NCBI GenBank assembly: GCA_963677595.1
Contig: OY782041.1
Location: forward strand, 352,001-416,000
Length of the DNA: 64,000 nt
Origin: Spirochaetia bacterium
GTDB taxonomy: Bacteria; Spirochaetota; Spirochaetia; CAKZLE01
Reading direction: 5' to 3'
A program made the translations under genes and the position numbers. Under the pieces are notes generated by a model that was not told the DNA's origin, ran no database searches, and saw only the letters and a program-made list of their open reading frames with translations. Positions 9,784-19,205 of this stretch are shown here, piece after piece (position 1 is the stretch's first letter; each line of letters opens with the position of its first letter).

Positions 9784-11133
9784 CTAGAAGATCGCCTTGA
9801 TCTCTTCTGCTGCAAGGTCGAGAGCTTCTTTTGCCCCAAGTTCATGGGTGATCGCCTGGTTCACCCGCAGTCCGAGGATATCCTGGATCTGGCTGTATTC
9901 AGGTACTCGTGGTCGGTAGTCGCCATCCCCATTCTCATACACTGCAAGGATCCTGCTCATCCATGGCATCTCCTGGTTCAGCGCGCTGTCAGTGAGCACT
10001 GAGTAGCGGATCGGTGCCCCGTTGTTCCTTGTCCATGCCAGCTGAGCGTCCTTGCTTGTGATGTACTTGATGAATTCCCAAGCCACTTCAGCATTCTGGT
10101 CTGATGAATCAGCATTGATGGAGATCCCCCATCCGCCTACACCGTATCCGGGGTTTGAGCCGGCGACTCTCGGGGGAACAGCCATGCCTGTCTTGCCGGC
10201 AACGAGAGAGATTGACTCATCCTCATACCCTGCACGTGCGATACTCCAGGAGGACTGCATGACAGTCTGGCCGGTCCTGTAGGAAGACTCCCGGTCATCC
10301 CACCAGTAGCCGATCGCACCCTGGGGAGCCCAATCGTCGAACAGTTCCACGAAGAATTCGAGTGAATCGACACATTCGCTGCTGTTGACCGTCACGTTCC
10401 CATTGCCGTCAAAGATCTGACCGCCGAAGCCCCTCATGAATTCCATCCAGTCCTGTGCTACTGCAGGGCCCCTGGCTCCGCAGGCAACGAGGCCATACAT
10501 GTTCTCATCCGGGCGGGTGAAGAACTCGGAGATGTCGGCGAGCTGGTCCATAGTCTCCGGGGTTTCCAGCTCATACCCGTATTTGGCCTTGAAAGCAGCT
10601 TTCTCTGCAGGATCCTCATAGAGGTCCTTCCGGTAGATCAGGCTGTTCGCATAGGCAGCCATCGGGTACCCGATCTGCTTGCCGTTCCAGTCACCCATGA
10701 CCCACAGGATCGGCATGATGTCATCATAATCGATCTCGGCTTTGTCCCTGGCGATCCAGCTGGTGAGGTCTTTCGTCCATCCCTCCTGCTCGAACTGACC
10801 GGTCCAGACAATGTCCATCGTAGCCAGGTCGTAATCGGCTGACCCGGTCGCGAAATCCTGGGTGATCTTCTGCTGCAGTTCCACATAGCCCAGGACGTCG
10901 ATACGGACATCTGCACCTGTCTTTGCCTTGAATTCAGCACTTAAGGTCGGAAGATGATCCGCAAACTGTTCAGCGGCCACGGCGAAATGCAGGACGACTC
11001 CCTCGTACGGAAGGGCCTGGCTTACCGGTTCCGGAGAAGGACTACTCGCTGTTTCCTTCGCCCCGCCTGCGAAGATCATCACACAGGAGAGAAGCATAAC
11101 CGAGACGATAACCATTACTCTACTCTTTTTCAT
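9784..11133 (-). CDS. Sugar ABC transporter substrate-binding protein (family 1)
   Basis: Signal peptide ending IFAGGAKE, plus YDLATMD, LIYRKDL, GGWGISIN and AWEFIKY. Confidence 0.93.
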   Translation of the reverse strand: MKKSRVMVIVSVMLLSCVMIFAGGAKETASSPSPEPVSQALPYEGVVLHFAVAAEQFADHLPTLSAEFKAKTGADVRIDVLGYVELQQKITQDFATGSADYDLATMDIVWTGQFEQEGWTKDLTSWIARDKAEIDYDDIMPILWVMGDWNGKQIGYPMAAYANSLIYRKDLYEDPAEKAAFKAKYGYELETPETMDQLADISEFFTRPDENMYGLVACGARGPAVAQDWMEFMRGFGGQIFDGNGNVTVNSSECVDSLEFFVELFDDWAPQGAIGYWWDDRESSYRTGQTVMQSSWSIARAGYEDESISLVAGKTGMAVPPRVAGSNPGYGVGGWGISINADSSDQNAEVAWEFIKYITSKDAQLAWTRNNGAPIRYSVLTDSALNQEMPWMSRILAVYENGDGDYRPRVPEYSQIQDILGLRVNQAITHELGAKEALDLAAEEIKAIF

Positions 11134-11199
11134 TTTCCACTCCTAAAAATATTTTCCATCCGAAAGCGCTGAGTCTTACCAAGTGCACCGGATTGGATT

Positions 11200-12228
11200 T
11201 CAAAAATTGATAGCGACCCTGAACGTATCCGGGTCGAGAGCCCGCTCAAAGGCTTTACCAGCCTCATTTGCATCCCACTGCTCGGAGAGGAACTCCTCCA
11301 CGCTGACCAGCCTGCCGGAAAGCAGGCGGGATGCGGTATAGAAGTCACTGGTTGCAGGGCTGTAGGAACCGGTGATCACATACTCCCCGTAGTGGACCCA
11401 GTTGGGGTCGAGCTTGATGGGGTCATTGGGATGGAACGAGCCATAGAACATCATGGTTCCCATCTTCTTGAGGTAGCCCAGGGCCTCCTCGGCTATGGAG
11501 GGTCTCGCGGCAGTGAAGAACACGTATTCAGCACCCTCCCCTGAGGTGATCCCTGAGATGACTGCCTTCGCGTCCTCATTGATCGGGTCAACAGCGTAAT
11601 GTGCCCCCGCCTTCAGGGCCAGCTGACGACGATCCTCTCGCGGCTCTACCATGATTACCCTCGTCCCCCGCAGGAGACTGAGTTTCAGGTGGAGCATCCC
11701 CATGATACCGGCACCGATGATCACCACCGTCTCCCCGAGGTCAGGGTTGGCCCGCTTGATACTGTGCACACAGCAGGCCAGCGGTTCGGTGAAGGCAGCT
11801 TCCTGGAAGCTTATATCACCCGAGACCGTGAACACCTTGTTCACATCCATGGCGATGAGCTCAGCGAGCCCGCCGCTGGACGGGATGTTGTCGTAGGACC
11901 GCTTCTCCGGTGTACCGCCGCAGAGGTTGTTGAACCCCTGGTAGCAGAACGAGCAGTGCCCGCAGTCATCAAGCGTCTTGAACACGACCCGGTCCCCTAC
12001 CTTGAAGGAGGTGATCGTCCCGTCAGGGATCTCCACGATCTCCCCTGCTGCCTCATGGCCGGGGATGAACGGCAGGTTCATGCTCGAGGCACCGGAGAAG
12101 ATACGCTGCTCCCAGGTGCACAGCAGGCAGGTATGGATCCGTATCAGGACCTGTCCATGCCTGGGTTGCGGAGCCGCTACGTTCACGAGCTCTGCCTTCC
12201 TGGTCCCGGTCACTGCTACCGCTCTCAT
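11200..12228 (-). CDS. Zinc-binding alcohol/polyol dehydrogenase (MDR family)
   Basis: GHE motif, CxxCxxC...C structural Zn site, EPLAC, and GAGIMG Rossmann motif. Confidence 0.92.
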   Translation of the reverse strand: MRAVAVTGTRKAELVNVAAPQPRHGQVLIRIHTCLLCTWEQRIFSGASSMNLPFIPGHEAAGEIVEIPDGTITSFKVGDRVVFKTLDDCGHCSFCYQGFNNLCGGTPEKRSYDNIPSSGGLAELIAMDVNKVFTVSGDISFQEAAFTEPLACCVHSIKRANPDLGETVVIIGAGIMGMLHLKLSLLRGTRVIMVEPREDRRQLALKAGAHYAVDPINEDAKAVISGITSGEGAEYVFFTAARPSIAEEALGYLKKMGTMMFYGSFHPNDPIKLDPNWVHYGEYVITGSYSPATSDFYTASRLLSGRLVSVEEFLSEQWDANEAGKAFERALDPDTFRVAINF

Positions 12229-12995
12229 AGGTTCCTCCCGGCTTCCGAGGCCGTCTTCCCGTTATGGACGATATCGACCAGAGCGGCTGTCAATGCGCCC
12301 GGGTCGGGATGCTGCCATACATTCCTGCCTATGGCTACCCCTTGTGCCCCGGCCTCCATAGCCTGTTCCACGACCAGGAACAGGTCCTGCAGGTTCTTCG
12401 ACTTTGCCCCGCCGAGGACGATCACCGGACGGAAGCAGCCGTCCACAATCGTCTTGAACTCAGCAGTGGTCCCCACAAAACTCGTCTTGATGATGTCAGC
12501 ACCAAGCTCAGCCCCGATACGGGCTGCCAGCCTGATGGTCTCGACCGTCTTCGCAGGCTCAGGAGAGAACCCGCCGGGGAGCATCTCTGCCAGGAGCGGC
12601 ATCCCCCAGGCATGGGCCTCTGCCGCGAGCTCTGACACATTCGTCAGGGTCTCGATCTCATTGACCGCACCGGGAAACCCCATGCATGCCAGGCAATCAG
12701 CCCCTGCCTGTAGTGCTGTCTCGGTATCGAGCAGCCGGTTCCCTGTGGGCAGGCTGGAAAGGGCGGAGTTGCCCCCATCCATACGGAGGATCAGTCCGGT
12801 TCCCTTCAACTCTTCCTCAAAACGCGATGCCATACCGTAACCGGCCAGCACTGCGTCAGCACCGCCGGCAACAACGGACCTGATGATACCTGAGGTATCC
12901 TGCATACCGGGAAGCACATCCAATCCAAGACCATGGTCCATCGCAACGACCACCGTCCTCTTGTCTTCCCTGAAGATGTTTCCGAGTCTACGCAT
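12225..12995 (-). CDS. Class I aldolase, DhnA/LsrF family
   Basis: VAMDHG, ELGADIIKT (Schiff-base Lys), VLGG and GVAIGRNVWQ. Confidence 0.9.
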   Translation of the reverse strand: MRRLGNIFREDKRTVVVAMDHGLGLDVLPGMQDTSGIIRSVVAGGADAVLAGYGMASRFEEELKGTGLILRMDGGNSALSSLPTGNRLLDTETALQAGADCLACMGFPGAVNEIETLTNVSELAAEAHAWGMPLLAEMLPGGFSPEPAKTVETIRLAARIGAELGADIIKTSFVGTTAEFKTIVDGCFRPVIVLGGAKSKNLQDLFLVVEQAMEAGAQGVAIGRNVWQHPDPGALTAALVDIVHNGKTASEAGRNL

Positions 12996-12996
12996 T

Positions 12997-14442
12997 TCAT
13001 TCTCCTTCTATCGTTATCTCATGAGTTTTTGTTCTCACGGCAGACAGCCTGTGGGATGTCTCCCGTATTCCTGCATATGTCGTATCGTATATCGCATACA
13101 GCTCATCCCAGAGGTCAGCATGCGGACCTTCAGGCTCGATGCTGAAGTTGATGTTCACCCACCTGTCAGTCAGTTCCCTGATGCTGCCGGCCCCGCCCGC
13201 ATAGGAGGCAAGGATCATGGCCCCTAAGGGAGCGGCATCTGTCTCCTTCATCGAATGGAACACAGCACCGGTGATGTTCGCCTTGTACTGGAGCAGGGCC
13301 CGGTTATTTGCCCCGCCCCCAACCGCGCGTATCGCTCCCATGTCGCGTGAACTTCCTCCATGTACGATCTCGATACACTGCCGCGTACCAAACGAGATCC
13401 CCTGGAGCACGCTCCGTACGAGTTCTTCAGCTGTCGTACCTGAGCTCATCCCGATGAACGAAGCTGAGGCCTTCTCATCCCACACGGGGCTTCGTTCCCC
13501 GTTGAGGTACGGCAGGTAGATCAGGGGGAGCGGTGTGCGAACGTCCATGGACCGTATAGCATCGATCGTCATTCCAGTGAGCCTGCTGACCCAGGCGATG
13601 GATGCCCCAGTCGAGGACATGGTCTCGATGCTCAAGCCTCGCTGCGGGATCACATGCAGGAGCGGAGTCGCTCCTTCTTCCCAGCATCGTGTGATGCAGG
13701 TGGAGGTCCCGGTCCCGTCGACCATCATGCCGTCATCCACAGCCCCGGCACCAATAGCCTCGCACCAGGCATCGATCCCACCCGTCACAACAGGAATACC
13801 AGCGGCCAGACCGCAGTCTTCGGCAAACTGACTGGATGTCACCCCGACGATCTCCCAGGATTCCACCAGTTCAGGGAACACCCCTGAGGGGATACCGCAA
13901 CATGCCGTATCCAGCGTCCTGGTCCCCTTGTCATAGAAAGCAAGTGTGGAGGCCGTCGAGTGATCCAGGCATGTTCTCCCGGTGAGGAGATAGACTGCCA
14001 GGTCCTTGGGGTAGAGCGCCGTGACCGGTTCCTGGAACAGGTCGTTCGATTCCCGATAGAGTTTCAGGAGCTTCGCCTCAAAGCAGGTGCCGTCCTTGGT
14101 GAACCCCGGGATCAGCTGTCTCAACTCACTCGCTGCATCGACTGCGGTATTGTCCTGCCAGGTGATGATGTCCGTCAGCAACTCGCCGTCAGCTGAAACG
14201 AGGATGATGCTCGGGCCATGCCCGCAGAAGCTTATTCCCTCGATGGCCTCATACCGTGCGGAACTAAATGCGGAGAGGTTCTGCATCAGTCTTCTGAACG
14301 CTTCGATGAAATACTCCTGTGAATGTATCCCGGGTTTGAACATTCCGGCAGGATACTGCCGGGAGATCACGTGCAGCTCACCGCCAGCGGTACCAAGCAC
14401 GGCCTTCAGGCTGCCGGTCCCAATATCGATACCCACGTACAT
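12997..14442 (-). CDS. FGGY-family carbohydrate kinase (xylulokinase-like)
   Basis: GIDIGTGSLK, ITWQD, GTGTS, LPYLNGERSP and VGGGA. Confidence 0.92.
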   Translation of the reverse strand: MYVGIDIGTGSLKAVLGTAGGELHVISRQYPAGMFKPGIHSQEYFIEAFRRLMQNLSAFSSARYEAIEGISFCGHGPSIILVSADGELLTDIITWQDNTAVDAASELRQLIPGFTKDGTCFEAKLLKLYRESNDLFQEPVTALYPKDLAVYLLTGRTCLDHSTASTLAFYDKGTRTLDTACCGIPSGVFPELVESWEIVGVTSSQFAEDCGLAAGIPVVTGGIDAWCEAIGAGAVDDGMMVDGTGTSTCITRCWEEGATPLLHVIPQRGLSIETMSSTGASIAWVSRLTGMTIDAIRSMDVRTPLPLIYLPYLNGERSPVWDEKASASFIGMSSGTTAEELVRSVLQGISFGTRQCIEIVHGGSSRDMGAIRAVGGGANNRALLQYKANITGAVFHSMKETDAAPLGAMILASYAGGAGSIRELTDRWVNINFSIEPEGPHADLWDELYAIYDTTYAGIRETSHRLSAVRTKTHEITIEGE

Positions 14443-14452
14443 TACAGCACCC

Positions 14453-15175
14453 CTACCTTTTCAGCGTCACGATATGCTTGTATCGGTCCGCTCGGTAGAC
14501 ACCTTCAGCATATTCGACCGGGCTTCCATCTGTCGCATAGGTCGTGTGCCTGATGATCAGGATAGGGTCACCTTTTGAGATACCCAGGGTGGAGGAGACC
14601 TCGTTCCCCGCGATATCGGCCTCAATGATCTTTGCAGCCTCACCGATCTGTATATGGTATGTTCCCTCGAGCAGGTCATAGATCGACTTGCTGAAATCAT
14701 CCTCTTCCGTCACACCAGTACTGGTCGCAAGGTAGTTCTCAAATACCGCGACCGGTTCATCTTCTACCAGCCTAAGTCGTTTTGCGTAGATCACCGGGTC
14801 CCCGGGATTGATCCGCAGGTGCTCCGCGATTCTCTCGCTGGCTGGGATCCGCAGGACCTCAAGCACCGAAGTGGCGATCTTGACTCCCTGCTGCGCCATC
14901 TTCTCGGTAAAACTCTGGAGCCTTGAGTTCCCGTCATCGGTCATCTTGGGATACGCCACGATAGTCCCGTACCCCTGCTTCTTCACCAGCAGGTCCTCGA
15001 AGACAAGCCCGTGTATTGCATTACGAACAGTGATCCGTGATATCCCGTACATCTTCTGGAGGTCCTTCTCACAGGGGATCAGGTCCCCAGGTTTGTAATA
15101 CCCCTCAAGAATCTGTTTCCTCAGTTTTTCCTGCAGTTGGAAGTAGAGTGGGACGCGACTGTTCTGATCCAGCAT
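14453..15175 (-). CDS. GntR-family regulator with UTRA domain (HutC subfamily)
   Basis: PLYFQL, PGDLIP.E, ISRITVRNAI and QGYGT, with a C-terminal UTRA ending YRADRY. Confidence 0.93.
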   Translation of the reverse strand: MLDQNSRVPLYFQLQEKLRKQILEGYYKPGDLIPCEKDLQKMYGISRITVRNAIHGLVFEDLLVKKQGYGTIVAYPKMTDDGNSRLQSFTEKMAQQGVKIATSVLEVLRIPASERIAEHLRINPGDPVIYAKRLRLVEDEPVAVFENYLATSTGVTEEDDFSKSIYDLLEGTYHIQIGEAAKIIEADIAGNEVSSTLGISKGDPILIIRHTTYATDGSPVEYAEGVYRADRYKHIVTLKR

Positions 15176-15193
15176 GACGGCTCCTTTTTCATC

Positions 15194-15251
15194 ATAACGT
15201 TAGAACGTTATAACGTTTCGTAGCATAACAGGTACATACCAATACTGTCAA
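15194..15251 (-). promoter_or_regulatory. Sigma70 promoter with overlapping palindromic operators for the GntR-sugar operon
   Basis: On the minus strand, TTGACA (15251-15246) and extended -10 TGtTATGCT. Three AACGTT hexamers form ATAACGTT-AG-AACGTTAT (15194-15211) and AACGTTATAACGTT (15204-15217) at the expected start site. Confidence 0.7.
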
Positions 15252-15410
15252 GTCCCTGCCCGTAAACCTGCGAATACGATAAGACTCTGTGAAAGCTATA
15301 CGGTTCTCATATGCTTGCAAATTTATACATAAGTTCTTCGTGTTTCTTATAGACATACCATAGTATACATATAGTAAAGTATAGTCATACTATACAAAGG
15401 AGTTCGTTAC

Positions 15411-15725
15411 ATGAAAAGAGTGCTATTTCTCGTGCTTGTGATCATTTTAGCCAGTTCCCCGCTGTTTGCGCAGGAAGTTCCCGCGATCCAGGACGATGAC
15501 CTGGACAGTATCAACCTTGACCTGGATAGCCTGGGTAAGGATCTCGCGATCGGCATAGCCGTATCAGGGGCTGCTATCGGTATCGGGACGCTTGTAGCTT
15601 CTGCTCTGGATGGCATAGCCCGTAACCCTGAACTGGAATCAAAACTTACCAATACTATGTATACCGGTATCATTGCCTGCGCCGGGCTTGCCCTCGGGGC
15701 CATGGCAGTGACCATCGCTTTCTAA
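15411..15725 (+). CDS. Orphan F-type ATP synthase subunit c homolog lacking the ion-binding carboxylate
   Basis: GAAIGIG helix and polar loop GIARNPE are c-subunit hallmarks. It has a signal peptide and acidic linker, RBS AAGGAG, and no D/E in helix 2. Confidence 0.8.
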   Translation: MKRVLFLVLVIILASSPLFAQEVPAIQDDDLDSINLDLDSLGKDLAIGIAVSGAAIGIGTLVASALDGIARNPELESKLTNTMYTGIIACAGLALGAMAVTIAF

Positions 15726-15753
15726 AGAAGACAGTTTCTCATTGGAATCCATG

Positions 15754-15785
15754 AAGCCCTTCCTGTTCCGGGAGGGCTTTCTTTT
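15754..15785 (+). terminator. Rho-independent terminator
   Basis: AAGCCCTTCC-loop-GGGAGGGCTT followed by TCTTTT. Confidence 0.75.
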
Positions 15786-15932
15786 AAGGGCAAGATTGTA
15801 GCATCGTAGGCATTGACGATATCTCTATCAGGTTTTCTGTATAGCACACCTTCTCCATCACTCACAGAAGCTGCTCAGTACCAACATCTTGTAGAATATC
15901 CTTCTCTTAGGCTCACCGCCAAGAAACCGGAG

Positions 15933-15969
15933 CCTGACAAAATTATGCCATATTTCCCCCCTATGATAT
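15933..15969 (+). promoter_or_regulatory. Promoter / response-regulator box, copy 1
   Basis: CCTGACAAAATTATGCCATATTTCCCCCCTATGATAT is 32/37 identical to the reverse complement of 19962-19998 and includes a -10-like TATGAT. Confidence 0.7.
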
Positions 15970-16008
15970 GACTCATAGAACGGGTGACAACCCATGAGGA
16001 GAAACAGT

Positions 16009-16566
16009 ATGAGAAAGAACAGATTCATCATCCTGCTGGCACTTTTCGCCTTGGCAGTATCAGGGGGCCTCTATGCAGCAAACACCTTCAGTGCAGGCGT
16101 CGCAGGCTACTACACCTACGATGACCTGACTGCAGGCAATTATCGCACATTCCTTCCCGGAGTACGGGTGGAATTCTTCCTGAATGATTTCTTGGGCGTA
16201 TCAGGAGATGCAGTGTTCAAGCAGGATGCCGATTACGAGGATGTCTATTCCGCTACCTGTATTGCCGATGTAGTGCTCCGGCTCCCGCTCGGGCCGCTGG
16301 AACCGTATGTAGCGACAGGTCCTGCGTTCGAGGGTATCATCGTGGGCGACTACTTCGATATCGAGGACAGTGCTTTTGCCTACAACCTCAGAGGCGGAGT
16401 CGACCTGAACCTCTGGGACACATTCTCGGTAGGGACGGAGGTCAACTTCCTGGTAGATGATGTGATCTCATTCGTGGAGGGGTTCTCAGACCTGACCCCC
16501 ACCCAGCAGAGCCAGGTCCTCAAGGAGTACGGTACCATCGGCCTAACAGCTAAGCTCAAGTTCTGA
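16009..16566 (+). CDS. Outer-membrane beta-barrel (OmpA/porin-like) protein
   Basis: Signal peptide (LYA-A), amphipathic strands (LEPYVATGP, YNLRGGVDL) and C-terminal Phe (TAKLKF). ATG 16009 follows AGGAG. Confidence 0.7.
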   Translation: MRKNRFIILLALFALAVSGGLYAANTFSAGVAGYYTYDDLTAGNYRTFLPGVRVEFFLNDFLGVSGDAVFKQDADYEDVYSATCIADVVLRLPLGPLEPYVATGPAFEGIIVGDYFDIEDSAFAYNLRGGVDLNLWDTFSVGTEVNFLVDDVISFVEGFSDLTPTQQSQVLKEYGTIGLTAKLKF

Positions 16567-16591
16567 GCTAAAAAAGCTGTGCTGTCATAGT

Positions 16592-17959
16592 TCAAACTGG
16601 GGGTTGAGTCGGGAACTCGATAATAAAACAGTTCCCGACTCCTTCACGACTCTCCAGCTTGACATCCCCGCCATGCAGCTGTGCTATCTGGCGTACGATC
16701 GAGAGCCCAAGACCGTTCCCCGGTGTTAAACTGCCCCGGGAAGTATCACCGCGGTAGAACCTTTCGAATATCTTCTCACGCAGCAGGGCAGGTATAGGTT
16801 CCCCGTCATCACACACTTCTATCCGGCAGAGATCCTGCTCGATGCTGCCGCTTATCACAACATGCTTACCGCTTCGGTTGTACCGTATCGCATTCTGGAT
16901 GAGGTTGCCGACAGCCCTTCGCATTCTCACCTCATCCATCAAAACAGTACCAGCCTCCCCTTCCGGCAGCCTGCAGGAGAGCGACTTGGCCCCTATGGCG
17001 GCTGCACTCCTCCACTGCCGCTCCACTGTGGAGAGAACCATCCGCAGATCAAGTGCTCGCAGGTTCAGCCGTATCTCTCCGCAGTCCGCCTCAGAGAGGT
17101 ACTCCAGGTCATATACCAGGCCCGAGAGCGAATCGATGCTGCCGATCATGCCCCTGGTTGCCTCATCAACGGTGGTGATGCCGTCTTTGAGAGATCTAGC
17201 CTCAAGCCGGATCGCGTGCAGTGGTCCGTTGAGGTCATGGGCGAGGTCTGCCATCAACTGCCGCCTCAAACCCCTCTGCCGCTCAAGCTCCCCGCTCATC
17301 TCATTGAATGATTCCCCGAGACTCGTGGTCTCGGAACTCCCGGAAGGGATGATCTCCTTCTGCTCCCCTGAGGCGACAGCTGTCATCGCATGCTGAAGCT
17401 CACTGAGCGGCCGTGTGATCCGCCTTGACATGATGGCCAGGATGAGGACTGCGATACCGGCAGTCACGACCTCCCTCCAGAGGAGAGACGTGAGGAGAGA
17501 TGTGAGGTATTTTCTGCTCTCGGCATCGATATAGTCAGCGCTGATATAGAGCGTCACCGACCCGACAGCCTCCAAGGCTTCAAGGTCGCGTATCTCGCAG
17601 CGGTCACCCTTAATCAGGGCGCTGTTTCCCACGGTGGAGAGGGTCTCGAAACTGTTTAGCAGCATCTTCCCCTCGACATCATGGACCACCAGGCGGATGT
17701 GGGCATCCTGCTCTCCGAGGTAATCGAGGGAGATCATATGCTCAAGTTCTGTTTCCAGTTCATCCCACCCCTGGTCCCGTGTGTAGACGGCACTCAGGTA
17801 CCCGCCTATCAGCTCGCTCCTGAAACTCGTCAGGAGCAGCGGCAGGTCTCGCCGATACTGCATATAATCAAGTGCCATACTCAACGCGGATGAGAGGAGG
17901 ACGATGAGGAAGAATACCGATGTGATGTAGACGTACATCGGGACGTTTCTTACTCGCAT
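16592..17959 (-). CDS. HAMP-domain sensor histidine kinase (BaeS-like)
   Basis: Two TM segments, HAMP (ITRPL...LGESFNEM), H-box AHDLNGPL, N-box NLIQNAIRY and G-boxes GNGLGL. Confidence 0.93.
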   Translation of the reverse strand: MRVRNVPMYVYITSVFFLIVLLSSALSMALDYMQYRRDLPLLLTSFRSELIGGYLSAVYTRDQGWDELETELEHMISLDYLGEQDAHIRLVVHDVEGKMLLNSFETLSTVGNSALIKGDRCEIRDLEALEAVGSVTLYISADYIDAESRKYLTSLLTSLLWREVVTAGIAVLILAIMSRRITRPLSELQHAMTAVASGEQKEIIPSGSSETTSLGESFNEMSGELERQRGLRRQLMADLAHDLNGPLHAIRLEARSLKDGITTVDEATRGMIGSIDSLSGLVYDLEYLSEADCGEIRLNLRALDLRMVLSTVERQWRSAAAIGAKSLSCRLPEGEAGTVLMDEVRMRRAVGNLIQNAIRYNRSGKHVVISGSIEQDLCRIEVCDDGEPIPALLREKIFERFYRGDTSRGSLTPGNGLGLSIVRQIAQLHGGDVKLESREGVGNCFIIEFPTQPPV

Positions 17960-18624
17960 ACCAACCGGTACCCCCCTCCATAGACTGTCTGGATCGGGGC
18001 GAATCCATCTGCGTGGATGATCTTCCTCAAACGGCGGATATGAGAGTCTACAGCCCGGTCGTACCCTTCGAACGAATCGGGGAAGGACTGCTCGATGATC
18101 TGCTCCCGGGACAGCACTGCTCCCGGCTGTCTCAGGAGGGTCCAGAGGATGAGGAACTGGGCCTGTGTGACTGGCAGCCGCGCCCCATCCAGGAAGACCT
18201 CAGCGGTATCGCTGTCCGCACTCAGCCGGCCGCAGGTTATCGTTCTGCGCACCTGGCTCCTCGTCCGTCGCAGGAGGGCTTTCACCCGTGCCACAAGCTC
18301 ATCCGGGTCAAAGGGTTTAGTGATATAGTCATCAGCACCGCCGTCCAGCCCTTTCAGGCGGTCATCGCGGGAACCAAGGGCAGTCACCATGATGATAGGC
18401 ACATCCGAATCCTGCCGTATGATCCTACGGAGCTCGCTCCCGTCGATCCCCGGCAGCATGATATCGAGGAGGATCAGGTCGAAGCTCTCAGTGCGAATCG
18501 CCTCCAGCGCCTTCCTGCCGTCCGGGACATGCATAGTCCTGAGACCGGATCGTTCCAGGTACGCGCTGACCAGATGTGCACTGCGCACATCATCCTCAAC
18601 CAGCAGTATCCGGGTCTCACTCAT
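17950..18624 (-). CDS. OmpR/PhoB-family response regulator (BaeR-like)
   Basis: LLVEDD, LLDIMLP, GADDYITKPF, RAVDSHIRRLRK and TVYGGGY. Confidence 0.95.
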   Translation of the reverse strand: MSETRILLVEDDVRSAHLVSAYLERSGLRTMHVPDGRKALEAIRTESFDLILLDIMLPGIDGSELRRIIRQDSDVPIIMVTALGSRDDRLKGLDGGADDYITKPFDPDELVARVKALLRRTRSQVRRTITCGRLSADSDTAEVFLDGARLPVTQAQFLILWTLLRQPGAVLSREQIIEQSFPDSFEGYDRAVDSHIRRLRKIIHADGFAPIQTVYGGGYRLVCE

Positions 18625-19205
18625 CTCTTGCTGGACTCTCTATGGTTCGCGGTTGGTGCTGGCTGCTGAGATGGGGAGGGACCTGACGGTCCCGCACCGC
18701 CGGCTGGGGACGTTTGGGGACTCTCTTCATGATCGGTATGGTCCGAGGGTTGCCCTACGGGTTCATCTGGCTGGTGATTATCCTGCTCATTCGTCTGGTG
18801 ACCTGAAGGTTCATCCACCTGCTCATGAGTCTGTACTGCTGAAGTACTCCCCCCTGTTGGCCGGGAGTTGTCAGTTCGGGTGACCTTACCCCCACTGTTC
18901 ATCCCGGCAAACAGGGATTGGGCCTCATCAGCAGTTAGCTCACCTTCCGCGATACGATAGAGGAGGACCTCGAGCACACCGGAGGTGTCGGTGAAGGGAA
19001 CTCGGTAGTCCCGCCTCAATTCATCGAGGGCAGCCTGAGCTTCCGCCACAGACAGCTCGCCGGTACTGACCTTGAGGCTCAACTCGGAGAAAGTCTGTGA
19101 CAACGTACTTTCGTAGCCTGTCTCTCTGGACCCCAGGCTGTACAAACTGGAGCATAGCAGCAGCATGCAGCAGATAAGAACTACTATGATCCTCTTTCTC
19201 TTCAC
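18621..19205 (-). CDS. Secreted hypothetical protein with duplicated GEL(S/T)xxEAQ motif and a His/Gln/Pro-rich tail
   Basis: Signal peptide and the repeats GELSVAEAQ / GELTADEAQ. Its stop overlaps the response regulator start (ATGA), and it begins with GTG after GGAG. Confidence 0.75.
   Translation of the reverse strand: MKRKRIIVVLICCMLLLCSSLYSLGSRETGYESTLSQTFSELSLKVSTGELSVAEAQAALDELRRDYRVPFTDTSGVLEVLLYRIAEGELTADEAQSLFAGMNSGGKVTRTDNSRPTGGSTSAVQTHEQVDEPSGHQTNEQDNHQPDEPVGQPSDHTDHEESPQTSPAGGAGPSGPSPSQQPAPTANHRESSKR

Noticed and set aside
11599-12840. Long antisense ORFs (413 aa here; also 43537-44475, 51832-52686, 59962-60741, 62201-62989 and others)
   Set aside because: These are shadows of real genes on the opposite strand caused by GC-rich codon bias. 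They have no motifs or RBS.
15411-15470. Signal peptide on a c-subunit as a novelty in itself
   Set aside because: N-terminal leader extensions are known on c subunits of several bacteria such as Helicobacter. Only the missing carboxylate and orphan context are unusual.
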